NCBI RefSeq assembly: GCF_006345805.1
Contig: NC_043019.1
Span: 13,205,360 to 13,269,359, forward strand
Length of the DNA stretch: 64,000 nt
DNA from: Octopus sinensis
Lineage: Eukaryota
Reading direction: 5' to 3'
Part shown: positions 1 through 10,702 of the stretch, in pieces
How the letters are laid out: each line of letters starts with the position of its first letter
Position numbering within the stretch: the stretch's first letter is position 1
Position numbers and translations under genes: made by a program
Notes under the pieces: model-generated
The model's database searches: none
Seen by the model: the letters and a program-made list of their open reading frames with translations, nothing else
Told to the model about the DNA's origin: nothing

Positions 1-193
1 AGCCACTGAACTCTCTCCTCCCACCACCTCTCTCTCTCTCTCTCTCTGTTTTCCCCCTCTGACACCCCCTTTAAGGCATAGCCTTTGATATGATATGGGT
101 CAACCTTTGATCTTATCTCTTCAAAAGAGCCTTATCTCAGCTGTTGCATCCATAGTGGTCTATTTTGTAATTGTAGTAGTAGTAGTAGTAGTA

Positions 194-230
<37 letters not shown>

Positions 231-466
231 CAACAACAATTTCTTTTAGTAGCTACACAAGGGCCATAGGTGAGGATGACATCACAAGTACAGACAAGAA
301 TTTGTGTGGGGAATGACATAAAAGATGGGGTCAAGGAAAGGAAAAAAGACATTGAAATGCAATAAAAGTGTACATAGACACAGGCGTGGGCTGTGTGGTA
401 AGAAGCTTGCTTCCCAACCAGATGGTTCCGGGTTCAGTCCCACTGCATGGCACCTTTGACAAGTGT

Positions 467-677
467 CTATATATATATTTCTTTACTGCCCACAAGGGGC
501 TAAACACAGAGGGGACAAACAAGGACAGACAAACGAATTAAGTCGATTATATCGACCCCAGTGTGTAACTGGTACTTATACACTGGGGTCAATATAATCG
601 ACTTAATCCGTTTGTCTGTCCTTGTTTGTCCCCTCTGTGTTTAGCCCCTTGTGGGCAGTAAAGAAATATATATATAG
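467..677. repeat. Fold-back palindrome of two S2 3' halves
   Basis: 467-564 is the reverse complement of 580-677 with ~2 mismatches; 15-nt spacer. Confidence 0.85.
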
Positions 678-1127
678 TGTCTATAAGTGTCTATATATAT
701 GTATCTGTGTGTGTCTTTGTATCTGTATTTGTCCCCTATCACTACATAACTTAGCAGTTCGGCAAAAGAGACCGATGGAATAAATACTAGGCTTAAAAAT
801 AAAAATTTAATGGTAGGCACAGGGGTGGCTGTGTGGTAAGTAGCTTGCTTATCAATCACATGGTCCTGGGTTCAGTCCCACTGTGTGGCACCTTGGGCAA
901 ATGTCTTCTACTCGATCACATCGAGCCCCCACAGTGTTTCACTGGTACTTTATTTTTATCGACCCAAAAAGGATGAAAGGCAAAGTGGGCCTCGATGGAA
1001 TTTGAACTCAAGAATGTAGCGACAGGCGAAATGCCGCTGAGCATTTCGTCTGGTGTAATGATTCTTCCAGCTTGCCGCCTTGATGATATAATAATAATAA
1101 TAATAATAATAATAGTAATAATAATAA

Positions 1128-1645
1128 CTGATTGGAAGTGTTATCATGTACATTGTTTTGTCTTGGTATAAAAGATGGGCCACAGCAAATATTCTGCTCA
1201 ATACCACAGATTTGCTTGTCAGTTGTTTGACCTTAACCAGTTGAGCATGTCCCTTAGTGGCTGACGATATGTGCATCTCTGATCACGAGCAGAAGTAGTG
1301 GGGGAGCATCATAGCCATGTGTTGAGAGGGATTCTTTGGGGTTTGAATAGTTCACCTCTGGAAACATGGGTGGTTCTTTCAACATCCTTAAACAACCCTT
1401 ATTCAGGGACCTTTCGGGCAAGATGGGCTACTCAACCTGAAGAAAATTCTAACTGGGCCCCACCTGCAAGGTCATGTGCTGTTTATCTTGATATGAGATC
1501 ACCATGTCGCACACATATGGTTGTGATGCATGTGCCTGGTGTACCCTTATCTGACGGGTAGTCATGATGGGTACAATGAGCTTCTCATATATTTGTACCC
1601 CTGCATCCCTTTGATGGCGTGTGCTGCTCTCTTACTCAATTATAA
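1128..1645 (-). mobile_element. Probable ~500-bp non-autonomous retro-type repeat with (TTA)n tail
   Basis: GC-richer non-coding block abutting a (TAA)n tract. Recalled as a recurring Octopus repeat, but it is single-copy in this window, so support is limited. Confidence 0.4.
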
Positions 1646-1729
1646 TCTATGAATTCTTATATTAAGAATCACAGTGCATATCTGGCACTTAATATACCAA
1701 AGGTAATATCCACCCTGGTTTTATTATAC

Positions 1730-2154
1730 TCTTACTCTTTATTCTTTTACTGGTTTCAGTCATTTGACTGCGGCCATGCTGGAGCACTGCCTTTAGTCGG
1801 GCAAATGACCCCGGGACTTATTCTTTGCAAGCCCAGTACTTATTCTATCGGTCTCTTTTGCCGAACCGCTAAGTGACGGGGACATAAACACACCAGCATC
1901 GGTTGTCAAGCAATGCTAGGAGGACAAACACAGACACACAGACATACACGCACGCACACACACACACACATATATATATATGTATATATACGACAGGCCT
2001 CTTTTCAGTTTCCGTCTACCAAATCCACTCACAAGGCTTTGGTCAACCCGGGGCTATAGTAGAAGACACTTGCCCAAAGTGTCATGCAGTGGGACTGAAC
2101 CCAGAACCATGTGGTTTGTAAGCAAGCTACTTACCACACAGCCACTCCTGCACC
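1730..2154 (-). mobile_element. tRNA-derived SINE family S1 (Octopus OK/OR-type), full length
   Basis: Head ggtgcaggagtggctgtgtggtaagtagc..gggttcagtccc, internal (TA/TG)n, tail cagcatggccgcagtcaaatgactgaaac. Many further S1 fragments (e.g. 378-470, 815-910, 3848-4000, 12790-13315, 17890-18275, 33540-33690, 49300-49560, 56320-56560). Confidence 0.8.
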
Positions 2155-3270
2155 TATTATGAGAAAATTCTTTAAAACAAAAGCAGTGGAATATGAGAAA
2201 CTCAAAGAGCCTTACATTAAGGTCATCTATCTTCCTTTGTCCTTTTTATTGTTTGTTTTTTGTACTATTTGGTTTGTAATCTTTAGGGTTTTTGTAGTTT
2301 CTTCGTGTTTATAGAATATCAACTTGGTAGACTCCATGTAAACTTAGAATTCTTTAATCTGTTCGCTTCTGATGACGGGCCTCTGCACCTGGTACATGTA
2401 AAGGTTACGTAACTTTCCTCTTTCACATTGTAAGACGTTCTCCATCTACATCATTTGTTTTTACTTATATGTGTGTGTGTGTATTTATATATATAAATGT
2501 ATGTGTGTGTGTGTGTATGCATGTATTTATGTATAGAGATATGTGGATATATGCACGTATTTATATTTATAGATGTGTGTGTATATGTGTATATTTGTAT
2601 GTATATATATTATATATATATATATATATCATTTGTTTTTACTTGTATGTGTGTATATGTGTGTGTGTGTATTTATATATATAAATGTATGTGTGTGTGT
2701 GTGTATGCATGTATTTATGTATATAGATATGTGGATATATGCACGTATTTATATTTATAGATGTGTGTGTATATGTGTATATTTGTATGTATATATATAT
2801 ATATATATATATGAATACGTGTATATATGTGTATATTTATATGTATATAAATATATCTGTGTATATATACGTGTATTTATATATAAAATATGTGTATATT
2901 TGTATGTGTGTGTGTGTATTTATATATAAAATATATGTGTATATTTGTGTGTATGTATATGTGTGTGTATATATGTATGCATGTGTATGTGTGTGTGTGT
3001 AATTATGTGTATGTATGTAGAATTCGTTGCTCTTTGCAAACATCTGGATGTCTTGAGACAACCAAACGTCAACACTCTCCCCTACCCCCAGGTCTTGTAG
3101 CCATCTGCTTTATAAGGAAATCCTCCTGTCACTCACCATCGTATATACAACTGTTTGCCTGTGCTGAGGGCATGAGCTTTTACATGGGCCTCTTGACATG
3201 CTAGAAACAGTAGTCACGTTGTCCCTCAAATCATTCCTTACTGTCTTAAACTATAGAAAAGACACATTAA

Positions 3271-3492
3271 CCCTTTAGTGTTCAGATTACTCTGTTAAAT
3301 GTAAGACTTTTTTCACTCAAATCGTTTTGAATTAATCATACGTTATCTTATAGCTTTGAAGTTTCAATGGTATGATAGTTTATTCTTAGAACGTCAATGT
3401 AGGTTAGGTGTGAGAGGCTAAATATGGCCAGTTTGAATGTAAAAACATGTAGGATATTTGGGCCGGATATGGCCGGCTTAAACACCAAAGGG
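3271..3492. mobile_element. piggyBac-type MITE
   Basis: TTAA|CCCTTT(A)GTGTT ... AACACCAAAGGG|TTAA; TTAA at 3267-3270 and 3493-3496. Decayed relatives at about 33770-33920, 35160-35350 and 51120-51340. Confidence 0.75.
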
Positions 3493-4048
3493 TTAAGTAA
3501 TATAATCTTGGATGCTTTTTATTTTGTTTTGTTTTGTTTTATTTGGCTGGATTAAATGCTAAACAGTTACTATTTGTTAAAAGAACTTACAAGACTTGAA
3601 CGTTAAGCTGAAAAGCAGTAAGACTAACCATTACAGATTGAAATAATTTTAGTCTCTCCATTAATGGTAGGACAGAACTTTAGCTACAAAGTAAAAGCAC
3701 CTCTCGTGACAAACCAATGAAGTTAAAAAAAAAATGATTAAATGATTAAATGGCGGTGCCCCAGCATGGCCACAGCTCATGAGCTGAAACTAGATAAAAT
3801 AAAATAAAATGAAATAAACCTGTTCATCAACTTTTTATAGGTGCAAGCTTAGCTGTGCGGTAAGAAGCTTGCTTCCCAACCACATGGCTTTGGGTTCAGT
3901 CCCACTGTGCAACACCTTGGGCAAGTGTCTTCTACTGTAAGTCTCAGGCTGATCAAAACCTTGTGAATGGATTTGACAGATGGAAACTGAAAGACTCCCG
4001 TCATGTGTATATCTAACTATTTATATATGCACACACACACACATACTT

Positions 4049-4110
<62 letters not shown>

Positions 4111-4450
4111 CATCATTATTGTCGTCGTTTAACGTCTAATTTTCCATGCTAGCATGGGTTGGGCGATTTGACTGAGGGCTGGCGAACCAGATGGCTGCGC
4201 CAGGCTCCAGTCTGATCTGACAGAGTTTCTACAGCTGGATGCCCTTCCTAATGTCAACCACTCCGAGAGGGTAGTGGGTGCTTTTACGTGCCATCGGCAT
4301 GAGGGCCAGTCAGGCGTTACCGGCAATGGCCATGCTCAAATGGTGTTTTTTTTTTACATACCACCTGCACAGGAGCCACTCCAGTGGCACTGGCAACGAC
4401 CTCGCTCAAATGTTTTTTCACTTGCCACCGGCACAAGTGCCAGTGAGGCA
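4111..4450 (-). mobile_element. 5'-truncated RTE-LINE 3'UTR copy
   Basis: Same gtttaacgtc..ttccatgctagcatgggttgg..ggatgcccttcctaa sequence and (CAT)n on + strand as 59042-59250. Confidence 0.7.
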
Positions 4451-4640
4451 ATATATATATATATACATATGTGATGGGCTTCTTTCAGTTTCCATCTACC
4501 AAATCCACTGACAAGGATTTGGTCAGCCCAGGGTTATAGTAGAAGGCACTTGCTCAAAGTGCCATGCAGTGAGACTGAACCTGGAACCATAAGGTTGGGA
4601 AGCAAGCTTCTTACCACACAGCCACACCTGTGTGGATGTT

Positions 4641-5060
4641 ATCCACCCCTCTCATTCTTGCTTTGCCCTTAAGAACAGTTGTGGCTTTCATCCTGAATGC
4701 AACTCAACCGATCACGTAGTTACCCAATGGTAGGTCTTAGACAAATCATGGGAATATTGCCAAGAGGTTTACGCTTGCTCTTTTGGCCTCAAAAAGGAAT
4801 TATGGCTTTAGATATCATCCAACCATCTTGTTTTTTCGATCCACCCCTTGCTGAAGAACAGTGTGGTTCCCATCCCAGATGCAACACAACCGACAAGGTA
4901 TTCCCTCTAAGACAGGTATTCAAGAAATCCTTGGGGTGTTGCCAAGAGTTTTGCGCTTGCTTTGTTAGAGCTCAAAAAAGGTTTGTGGCCACATGCTGTA
5001 GAACATGCTGCGCAGGGTTTCACAGAATTTTGAACGTAATGGCAACTCATGGTTGCTGCG
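4641..5060 (+). pseudogene. Degenerate non-LTR (RTE-like) reverse transcriptase fragment, present as two diverged tandem copies
   Basis: PLAEEQCGSHPRCNTTDKVFPLRQVFKKSLGCCQEFCACFV matches the LINE RT motif (L.EEQCGFRPGRSTTDQIFTLRQI.EK.....YACFVD.EKA). An equivalent segment starts 198 bp upstream (4641 vs 4839). Confidence 0.75.
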
Positions 5061-5728
5061 AAGACCCCATGTGAATGCCCAGACATTCATGTGGAAGACA
5101 ATGAAAAAAAAAACAAAAAAAAATAGTAAATAAAATTTTCCTTTTTTTTTTTGGAATTTTATTTTTTTTGTTGATTTCTTTCTATATTGTTATGTGTACA
5201 TTATGTATATTCTCAATGGCATTGGATATCACCTATTTTTGTTTCTTTATTCTTCTTCTACTGATTTTTGCTGTCTTCCACTTTCTTATCTTCTCACTAA
5301 GACAATGTCTTTCAACAAACCAAATCTATACAGATGTGTATATATGTACGTATATGTATGTGTGTGTGTGTATCCATCTATTATGTGAGATTTTTCTGTC
5401 TATGAATATACATCTATATATTTGTATACATACATCTGTGTATGTAACTTTTATGTGCATGAATTATGTATTTTCCATATGTGTGTATGTAACTTTTATT
5501 TGTATATATGACTTACACGAGTATTTCTTTCTTTCCCTGTACATATCTGTGAGAGATTTTTTAAATTACCTTTTTCTAAGCTCTCCAGAGACAAGCAGTG
5601 GAGAATAGAATAGAATTTCTGACGTTATTCTCTATGTATTTATTTCTCTATGTGAGTTTGTATCAGTCACTATAAGATTATGCAACGTTCATTCTCCTTC
5701 TCTTGTGCCTCCACATAAGTGCACATAT

Positions 5729-5812
5729 GCTAAGCACTTTCCTTGCAGTTGTCTATTCAGGAAGATGGCATTGGTAGTATTTCTTCCTGGAACAAAGCTG
5801 AACTTTGCTGTA
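5729..5812 (-). pseudogene. RTE-LINE reverse transcriptase remnant
   Basis: Minus-strand translation KFSFVPGRNTTNAIFLNRQLQGKCLA resembles the RTE motif QFGFVPGRSTTDAIF.VRQLQEKYLA. Confidence 0.65.
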
Positions 5813-5960
5813 TCTTGGCACCATAATCCTTTACCTGTCTAAAGTTTTTTTGAGGTCTTTTTTTGGGTTTTTTTTTTGTATCTTCTTAAACATCCTTGCT
5901 TGTTTTTCAGGTTTCTAGTCCGCCCTTGTTTCATGTTCTGATTAATATAAAGCTTTCCCA

Positions 5961-6345
5961 GGTGGAGAGCTGGCAGAAAGGTTAGCACGCTGGGCAAAAT
6001 GTTTAGCGGTATTTCATCTGTCTTTACATTCTGAGTTCAAATTCCGCCGAGGTCAACTTTGCCTTTGATCCTTTCGGGGTCGATTAAATAAGTACCAAAA
6101 ACAAGCAAAGACTGGAGTCGATATAATCGACTTAATCCGTTTATCTGTCCTTGTTTGTCCTCTGTGTGTTTAGCCCCTTATGGGTTGTAAACAAATAGGT
6201 ATTTCATCCCTCTTTACGTTCTGAGTTCAAATTCCACTGAGGTCAACTTTGCCTTTCATCCTTTCGGGGTCGGTAAATTAAGTACCAGTTGCGTACTGGA
6301 GTCAATCTAATCGACTGGATCCCTGCTCCCAAAATTTCGGGCCTT
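5961..6345 (+). mobile_element. SINE family S2, head plus 1.5 tandem bodies
   Basis: gagctggcagaaa(c)gttagcacg...gagttcaaattcc..gaggtc(g)actttgcctttcatcctttcggggtcg. Second body restarts at ggtatttc (about 6198). Confidence 0.75.
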
Positions 6346-6986
6346 AGTTGTTATTACTAGCATGTGGATGGACGTTCTCTTAGCTTTAACCCTTTGCCTG
6401 CCCTGAGCATTTTCAGAAATTTGCCCTCAATGTCTTTGCTTGTTTTTGGACTTTTAGCTGGTCCTTGTTACATAAGTTTTGAGTTATATAAAACTTTCCT
6501 TTCATAAGAACCAAATTACACTGGTGGCTGAAGAACAATTTAAGAATGAGTGTCATAAATGGTAAATCGATGCCAAAGAAGTATGACAAGTGTGTCACAT
6601 TTAATACAAGTATTGAAGAAAGACAGTGCTTCTGTGTGAGGAGAATTTGGTTGCTATTTCATGCATGTGGAGGGAGGTTCCTTCAGCTTTAACTCTTTAC
6701 GTGTCCAAGACATTTGGTTGAATGGGTAAAGAGTAAAGACCCCCTTCAGTTATGAATGACCATGGGATTTCACCTAGAAAGTTACCCTACAAAGCACAAG
6801 TCCTGGCAAGGGAATTTTTTATGGAAGACCAACAATCACCCATGCATACCAGCTCCTCCTCTTCATGCTACAAATGTTTTCCAAGGGAAAGTCAAAGGCC
6901 GATACGTAAAAAGGTAAAAAGACCCCATTCTGTCATTAATGACCATGGGAGTTAGTTACTTTTCGAGGCACAAGTCTCTTACGATA

Positions 6987-7282
6987 TTTTTCTATTTATT
7001 TATGCGCCCTTTTCAAGCCTAGCCAAGTTCATGGGCCCGGTTTCCCGGTTTCTGTGGCGTATGTGTTCCTCCCAGCTGGACAGGACGCCAGTCTATCGCA
7101 GTGTTACTCAAGAAACAGGAAGAAAGAGTGAGAGAAAGTTGTGGCAAAAGAGTACAACAGGGGCCGTGGAGCTTTAGGTGTTTTCGCTCAATAAACACAC
7201 ACAACGCCCGGTCTGGGAATCAAAACTGCGATCCTCCGACTGCGAGTCCGCTGCCCTAACCACTGGGCCATTGCGCCTCCAC
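6987..7282 (-). mobile_element. Full-length tRNA-derived SINE with 11-bp target-site duplication
   Basis: Minus head ggaggcgcaatggcccagtggttaggg...gattccc; TAAA-type tail. CTCTTACGATA at 6976-6986 and 7283-7293. Confidence 0.8.
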
Positions 7283-7757
7283 CTCTTACGATAAAAATTT
7301 CCACTAATCCTTTCTACTGAAGGTACAAAGCCTGGAGTTTGGGATGAGGTGATGAGGGCGAGGGCTGGTCAATTACACTGACCCCTTCAATGTTTTACTG
7401 GTACTTGTTTTATCGACCTCAAAAGGATTAAAAAGCCAAGTCGACCTCGGCGGAATTTGATCACAGAACGCAGAGACGAACAAAAATGCCATTGTGCATT
7501 TTGCTGAACATGCTTAACGCGTCTGCCAGCTCGTCATCGCCTAACGACGTTGATAATGAACTTACTGATGATAATGAAATGCTGGTCGATGATGACTAAG
7601 TAACATTTTTAATTATTCCTGCAGGATACCCACCTACTCACTACTACTACTACTACTGCTGCGGGAGACAAAGCGAGACATGTTGCATTGCTCGCTTCAT
7701 GTGCATACACACACACACACGCTCTTTCATATGAAATAATTGGAGTGCAAAAATCTA

Positions 7758-8014
7758 CATGTGTGTGTATGTGCGTGCATGTGTGTTCGTGTGTGTGTGC
7801 ATGTGTGTATGTGTGTTCGTGTGTGTGTGTATGTGTGTGTGTGTATGTGTGTTCGTGTGTGTGTGTATGTGTGTATGTGTGTGCATGTGTGTGTATGTGT
7901 GTTCGTGTGTGTGTGTATGTGTGTTCGTGTGTGTGTGTATGTGTGTTCGTGTGTGTGTGTGTATGTGTGTTCGTGTGTGTGTGTATGTGTGTGCATGTGT
8001 GTGTATGTGTGTTC

Positions 8015-8047
<33 letters not shown>

Positions 8048-8500
8048 TTCGTGTGTGGTGATGTGTGTATGTGTGTGCATGTGTGTGTATGTGTGTTCGT
8101 GTGTGTGTGTATGTGTGTTCGTGTGTGTGTGTATGTGTGTTCGTGTGTGTGTGTATGTGTGTTCGTGTGTGTGTGTATGTGTGTTCGTGTGTGTGTGTAT
8201 GTGTGTTCGTGTGTGTATGTGTGTTCGTGTGTGTGTGTATGTGTGTGCATGTGTGTGTATGTGTGTTCGTGTGTGTTGTATGTGTGTTCGGTGTGTGTGT
8301 ATTGTGTTCGTGTGTGTGTGTTGTGTTCGTGTGTGTGTATGTGTGTTCGTGTGTGTGTGTGATGTGTTCGTGTGTGTGTGTATGTGTGTATGTGGTGCAT
8401 GTGTGTGTATGTGTGTTCGTGTGTGTATGTGTGTTCGTGTGTGTGTGTGTTCGTGCATGTGTGTGTGTGCTTGCATGTGCGTGCATGTGTGTGTGTGTAA
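7758..8500. repeat. Compound (TG)n microsatellite with recurrent ATGTGTGTTCGTG units
   Basis: Direct reading; explains the His/Thr and Cys/Val ORFs. Confidence 0.95.
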
Positions 8501-8654
8501 AGTGTGTGTTTAAGCGTTAATATCCTATGCAAATCCTGCCAGATCTGGGTAGATAAGATACAAGTGAAATCAGGTGTAGATAATAAAACAGAAAAGTTCC
8601 GTTATTTATTTACGTAGTGCATGAAATTAAGATTGCTTTATCAATAATGTGTGT

Positions 8655-9164
8655 GTCTCTCTTCCTCTCTCTCTATCTCTCTCTCTCTCTCTCTGCCTAC
8701 CTTCCGTCTCTCTCTTTCTCTCCCTCATATTCCCCCCTCTCTCATATCTGCACCTTTAAATCTGTCTCAGGCTGACTGCTTTTCACAACTCTTGACTGTC
8801 GTGCTTTTTTCTCCTCTCAATTTTTCTCTCTATTTCTCACCATCTCACACACGCGCACACGCACTGTGCTCTCTTTCCCCACACACTATCTCTCTCTCTC
8901 TCTCCACTGTCTCTCTTTCAGTTTCTCTCTCATAGGCACTCTGCTTACTTCCTTTCCTGTTTCCTCTTTCTCCCCCCCTCTCTCTCTCCGCTGCCTGTCT
9001 AGTCTACATACAGTCTCTCTCTCACTGTCTGTCTGTCTCTCTCTCTGTCTCTCTCTCTCTTTCTATCTATCTCTCTCTTTCTATCTATCTCTGCTCTTTT
9101 CCTTCCCTCTTCTCTCTCACTCTCAATCTCTCTGTCTATCTCTGCTCTTTTCCTGCCTTTCTTC

Positions 9165-9197
<33 letters not shown>

Positions 9198-9790
9198 GCT
9201 GTTTTCCTTCCTTTTGTTTCTATCTATCTATCTTTCTTTCTTTACTGCTTTCCTTCCTTACTCCTCTCTTTCACACATTGTCTGTTCCCTTCCTTTCCCC
9301 CCATCTCTCTCTTTCTCTCTGGAACCTGCCAACCTTAACCTCCTCCCCTTTCTCACCCTCTCTCTCACTCCCCCCTCTCTCCTACCTACACCTTCCTATG
9401 CATCTATGGCTCACTGCTCTTCACATCTGTGTTGACTGTCATCTGTTATGCTTCCCCCCCACAGCCCCACCTTCCTTTCTCTAAGCTCTTTCATGAATTA
9501 CCATACCTCCTACTCCCTTTCCCATTCTCTTCTCTTTCTCCCCCTCTTCTCTGTCTTTCTGTCTATTTCTCCCCCCTTTCCCCCACACCGCCCTCTCTCA
9601 TATCCTATGCCCTCACATTTTTTAGTTCTCATGTATTTTCCTTCCTCTCTTTCCCCCTCTCTATCACTACGTTCTTCTCTTCCACAAATTTCCATACCTC
9701 CTCCCCTTTCATCTTTACTTTCTCTCCTCTATCCTCTCCTCATCCTATTTCTCATTCACCTGTGTATTTCTTTCTGTCTGTTTCTACCTC
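8655..9790. repeat. CT-rich low-complexity tract
   Basis: Polypyrimidine + strand; Leu/Ser ORFs are artefacts. Confidence 0.9.
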
Positions 9791-9871
9791 TTCTTCTAAA
9801 TATATATAAATATATATACACACATATATGTATGTTTGTATGCAAACACACACATATGTGTGTGTGTAACC

Positions 9872-10020
9872 ACATGTGAATCATTGGCAATTTTTTCCCT
9901 CCGTCTCCCTTTTCTCTTGGACTTTCCTCCGCCTCCTGTTTCTGACGAAGAGCTTTGCTTGAAACGTAAAACTACCACTCTTTCTTTCCTCGAGCGTCTG
10001 CTAATATTTTACATGTACCA
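9872..10020 (+). mobile_element. Hammerhead-bearing short repeat, family A (divergent subfamily)
   Basis: Colinear similarity to 10501-10702 and 19479-19685 (ttggc(a/g)atttttt...cct...HHR...tttcct(c)gagcgtc). Flanked by (TA)/(CA) tracts. Confidence 0.55.
9938..9972 (+). ncRNA. Minimal type-I hammerhead ribozyme motif (near-intact)
   Basis: GTTT-CTGACGA-A-GAGC-TTT-GCTT-GAAAC-GTA-AAAC: stem I GTTT/AAAC, core CUGANGA, stem II GAGC/GCTT, GAAA core, palindromic AC-GU stem III, GUA cleavage triplet. Matches the minimal hammerheads described for Penelope-like elements and metazoan retrozymes. Activity untested. Confidence 0.72.
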
Positions 10021-10029
10021 CACAAAGAC

Positions 10030-10066
<37 letters not shown>

Positions 10067-10500
10067 ACAATTTAGATTCAAATGAATATGGTATTTAATT
10101 TAGATGCACCAGAATTTTGTATGGTGTTATCCATAAGAATTTGCGGGGTGATTATAATAAAAAATAAGCAACAAGAATGACTCCGGTAATTTGGTACAAT
10201 TGTTTCGCACTACAACATTTTATTAAAAGTTGTAATATATATATATACATGTATGTCTTTGTGTGTCTCTATACATATGTATGTCTCTGTATGCGTGTGT
10301 GTGTGTGTATATGGGAGAGAAAGTATGAGAGGAATATGTCTTATCTGAGAAATAAACTCATTAGTTAATGATATATGTAGAGCAGTGTGTCTTATCTAAG
10401 AGTTCACTCATTAGTTAATACTGTTAGATATATAGAGTAGAGTGTCTTGTCTAAGACTTAACTCCTTAGCTAACAGTGTTTTTATATATATATATATATA

Positions 10501-10702
10501 TCGTGTGTACCGTTGGCGATTTTTTTTCCTCTGTCTTCCCTTTTCTGGATCTTTCCTTCTCCTATGTTTCCGATGAAGAGCTCCGCTCAAAACATTAAAC
10601 CCTCCTTCTTCCCTTCTTTCCTGAGCGTCCAATAATACTATATTTGTTCCACGCCCTCGCGTTGTTGTGTTTTTTTGTGCTTTCTTGTTTGCATTAACTT
10701 TG
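10501..10702 (+). mobile_element. Hammerhead-bearing short repeat, family A (decayed core at 10566-10600)
   Basis: High identity to 19479-19685. GTTT-CCGATGA-A-GAGC-TCC-GCTC-AAAAC-ATT-AAAC. (TA)n on both sides; no ORF, TIR or tRNA head. Confidence 0.75.

Noticed and set aside
2369-2420. CTGATGA followed by GGGCC and a palindrome GTTACGTAAC
   Set aside because: No GAAA core or stem II partner; cannot be folded as a hammerhead.
7609-8532. Long His/Thr and Cys/Val ORFs (up to 307 aa), and all similar ORFs at 14.4k, 22-23k, 32k, 37k, 57-58k, 60k
   Set aside because: Translations of (CA)/(TG)/(TA)/(TATG) microsatellites that simply lack stop codons.
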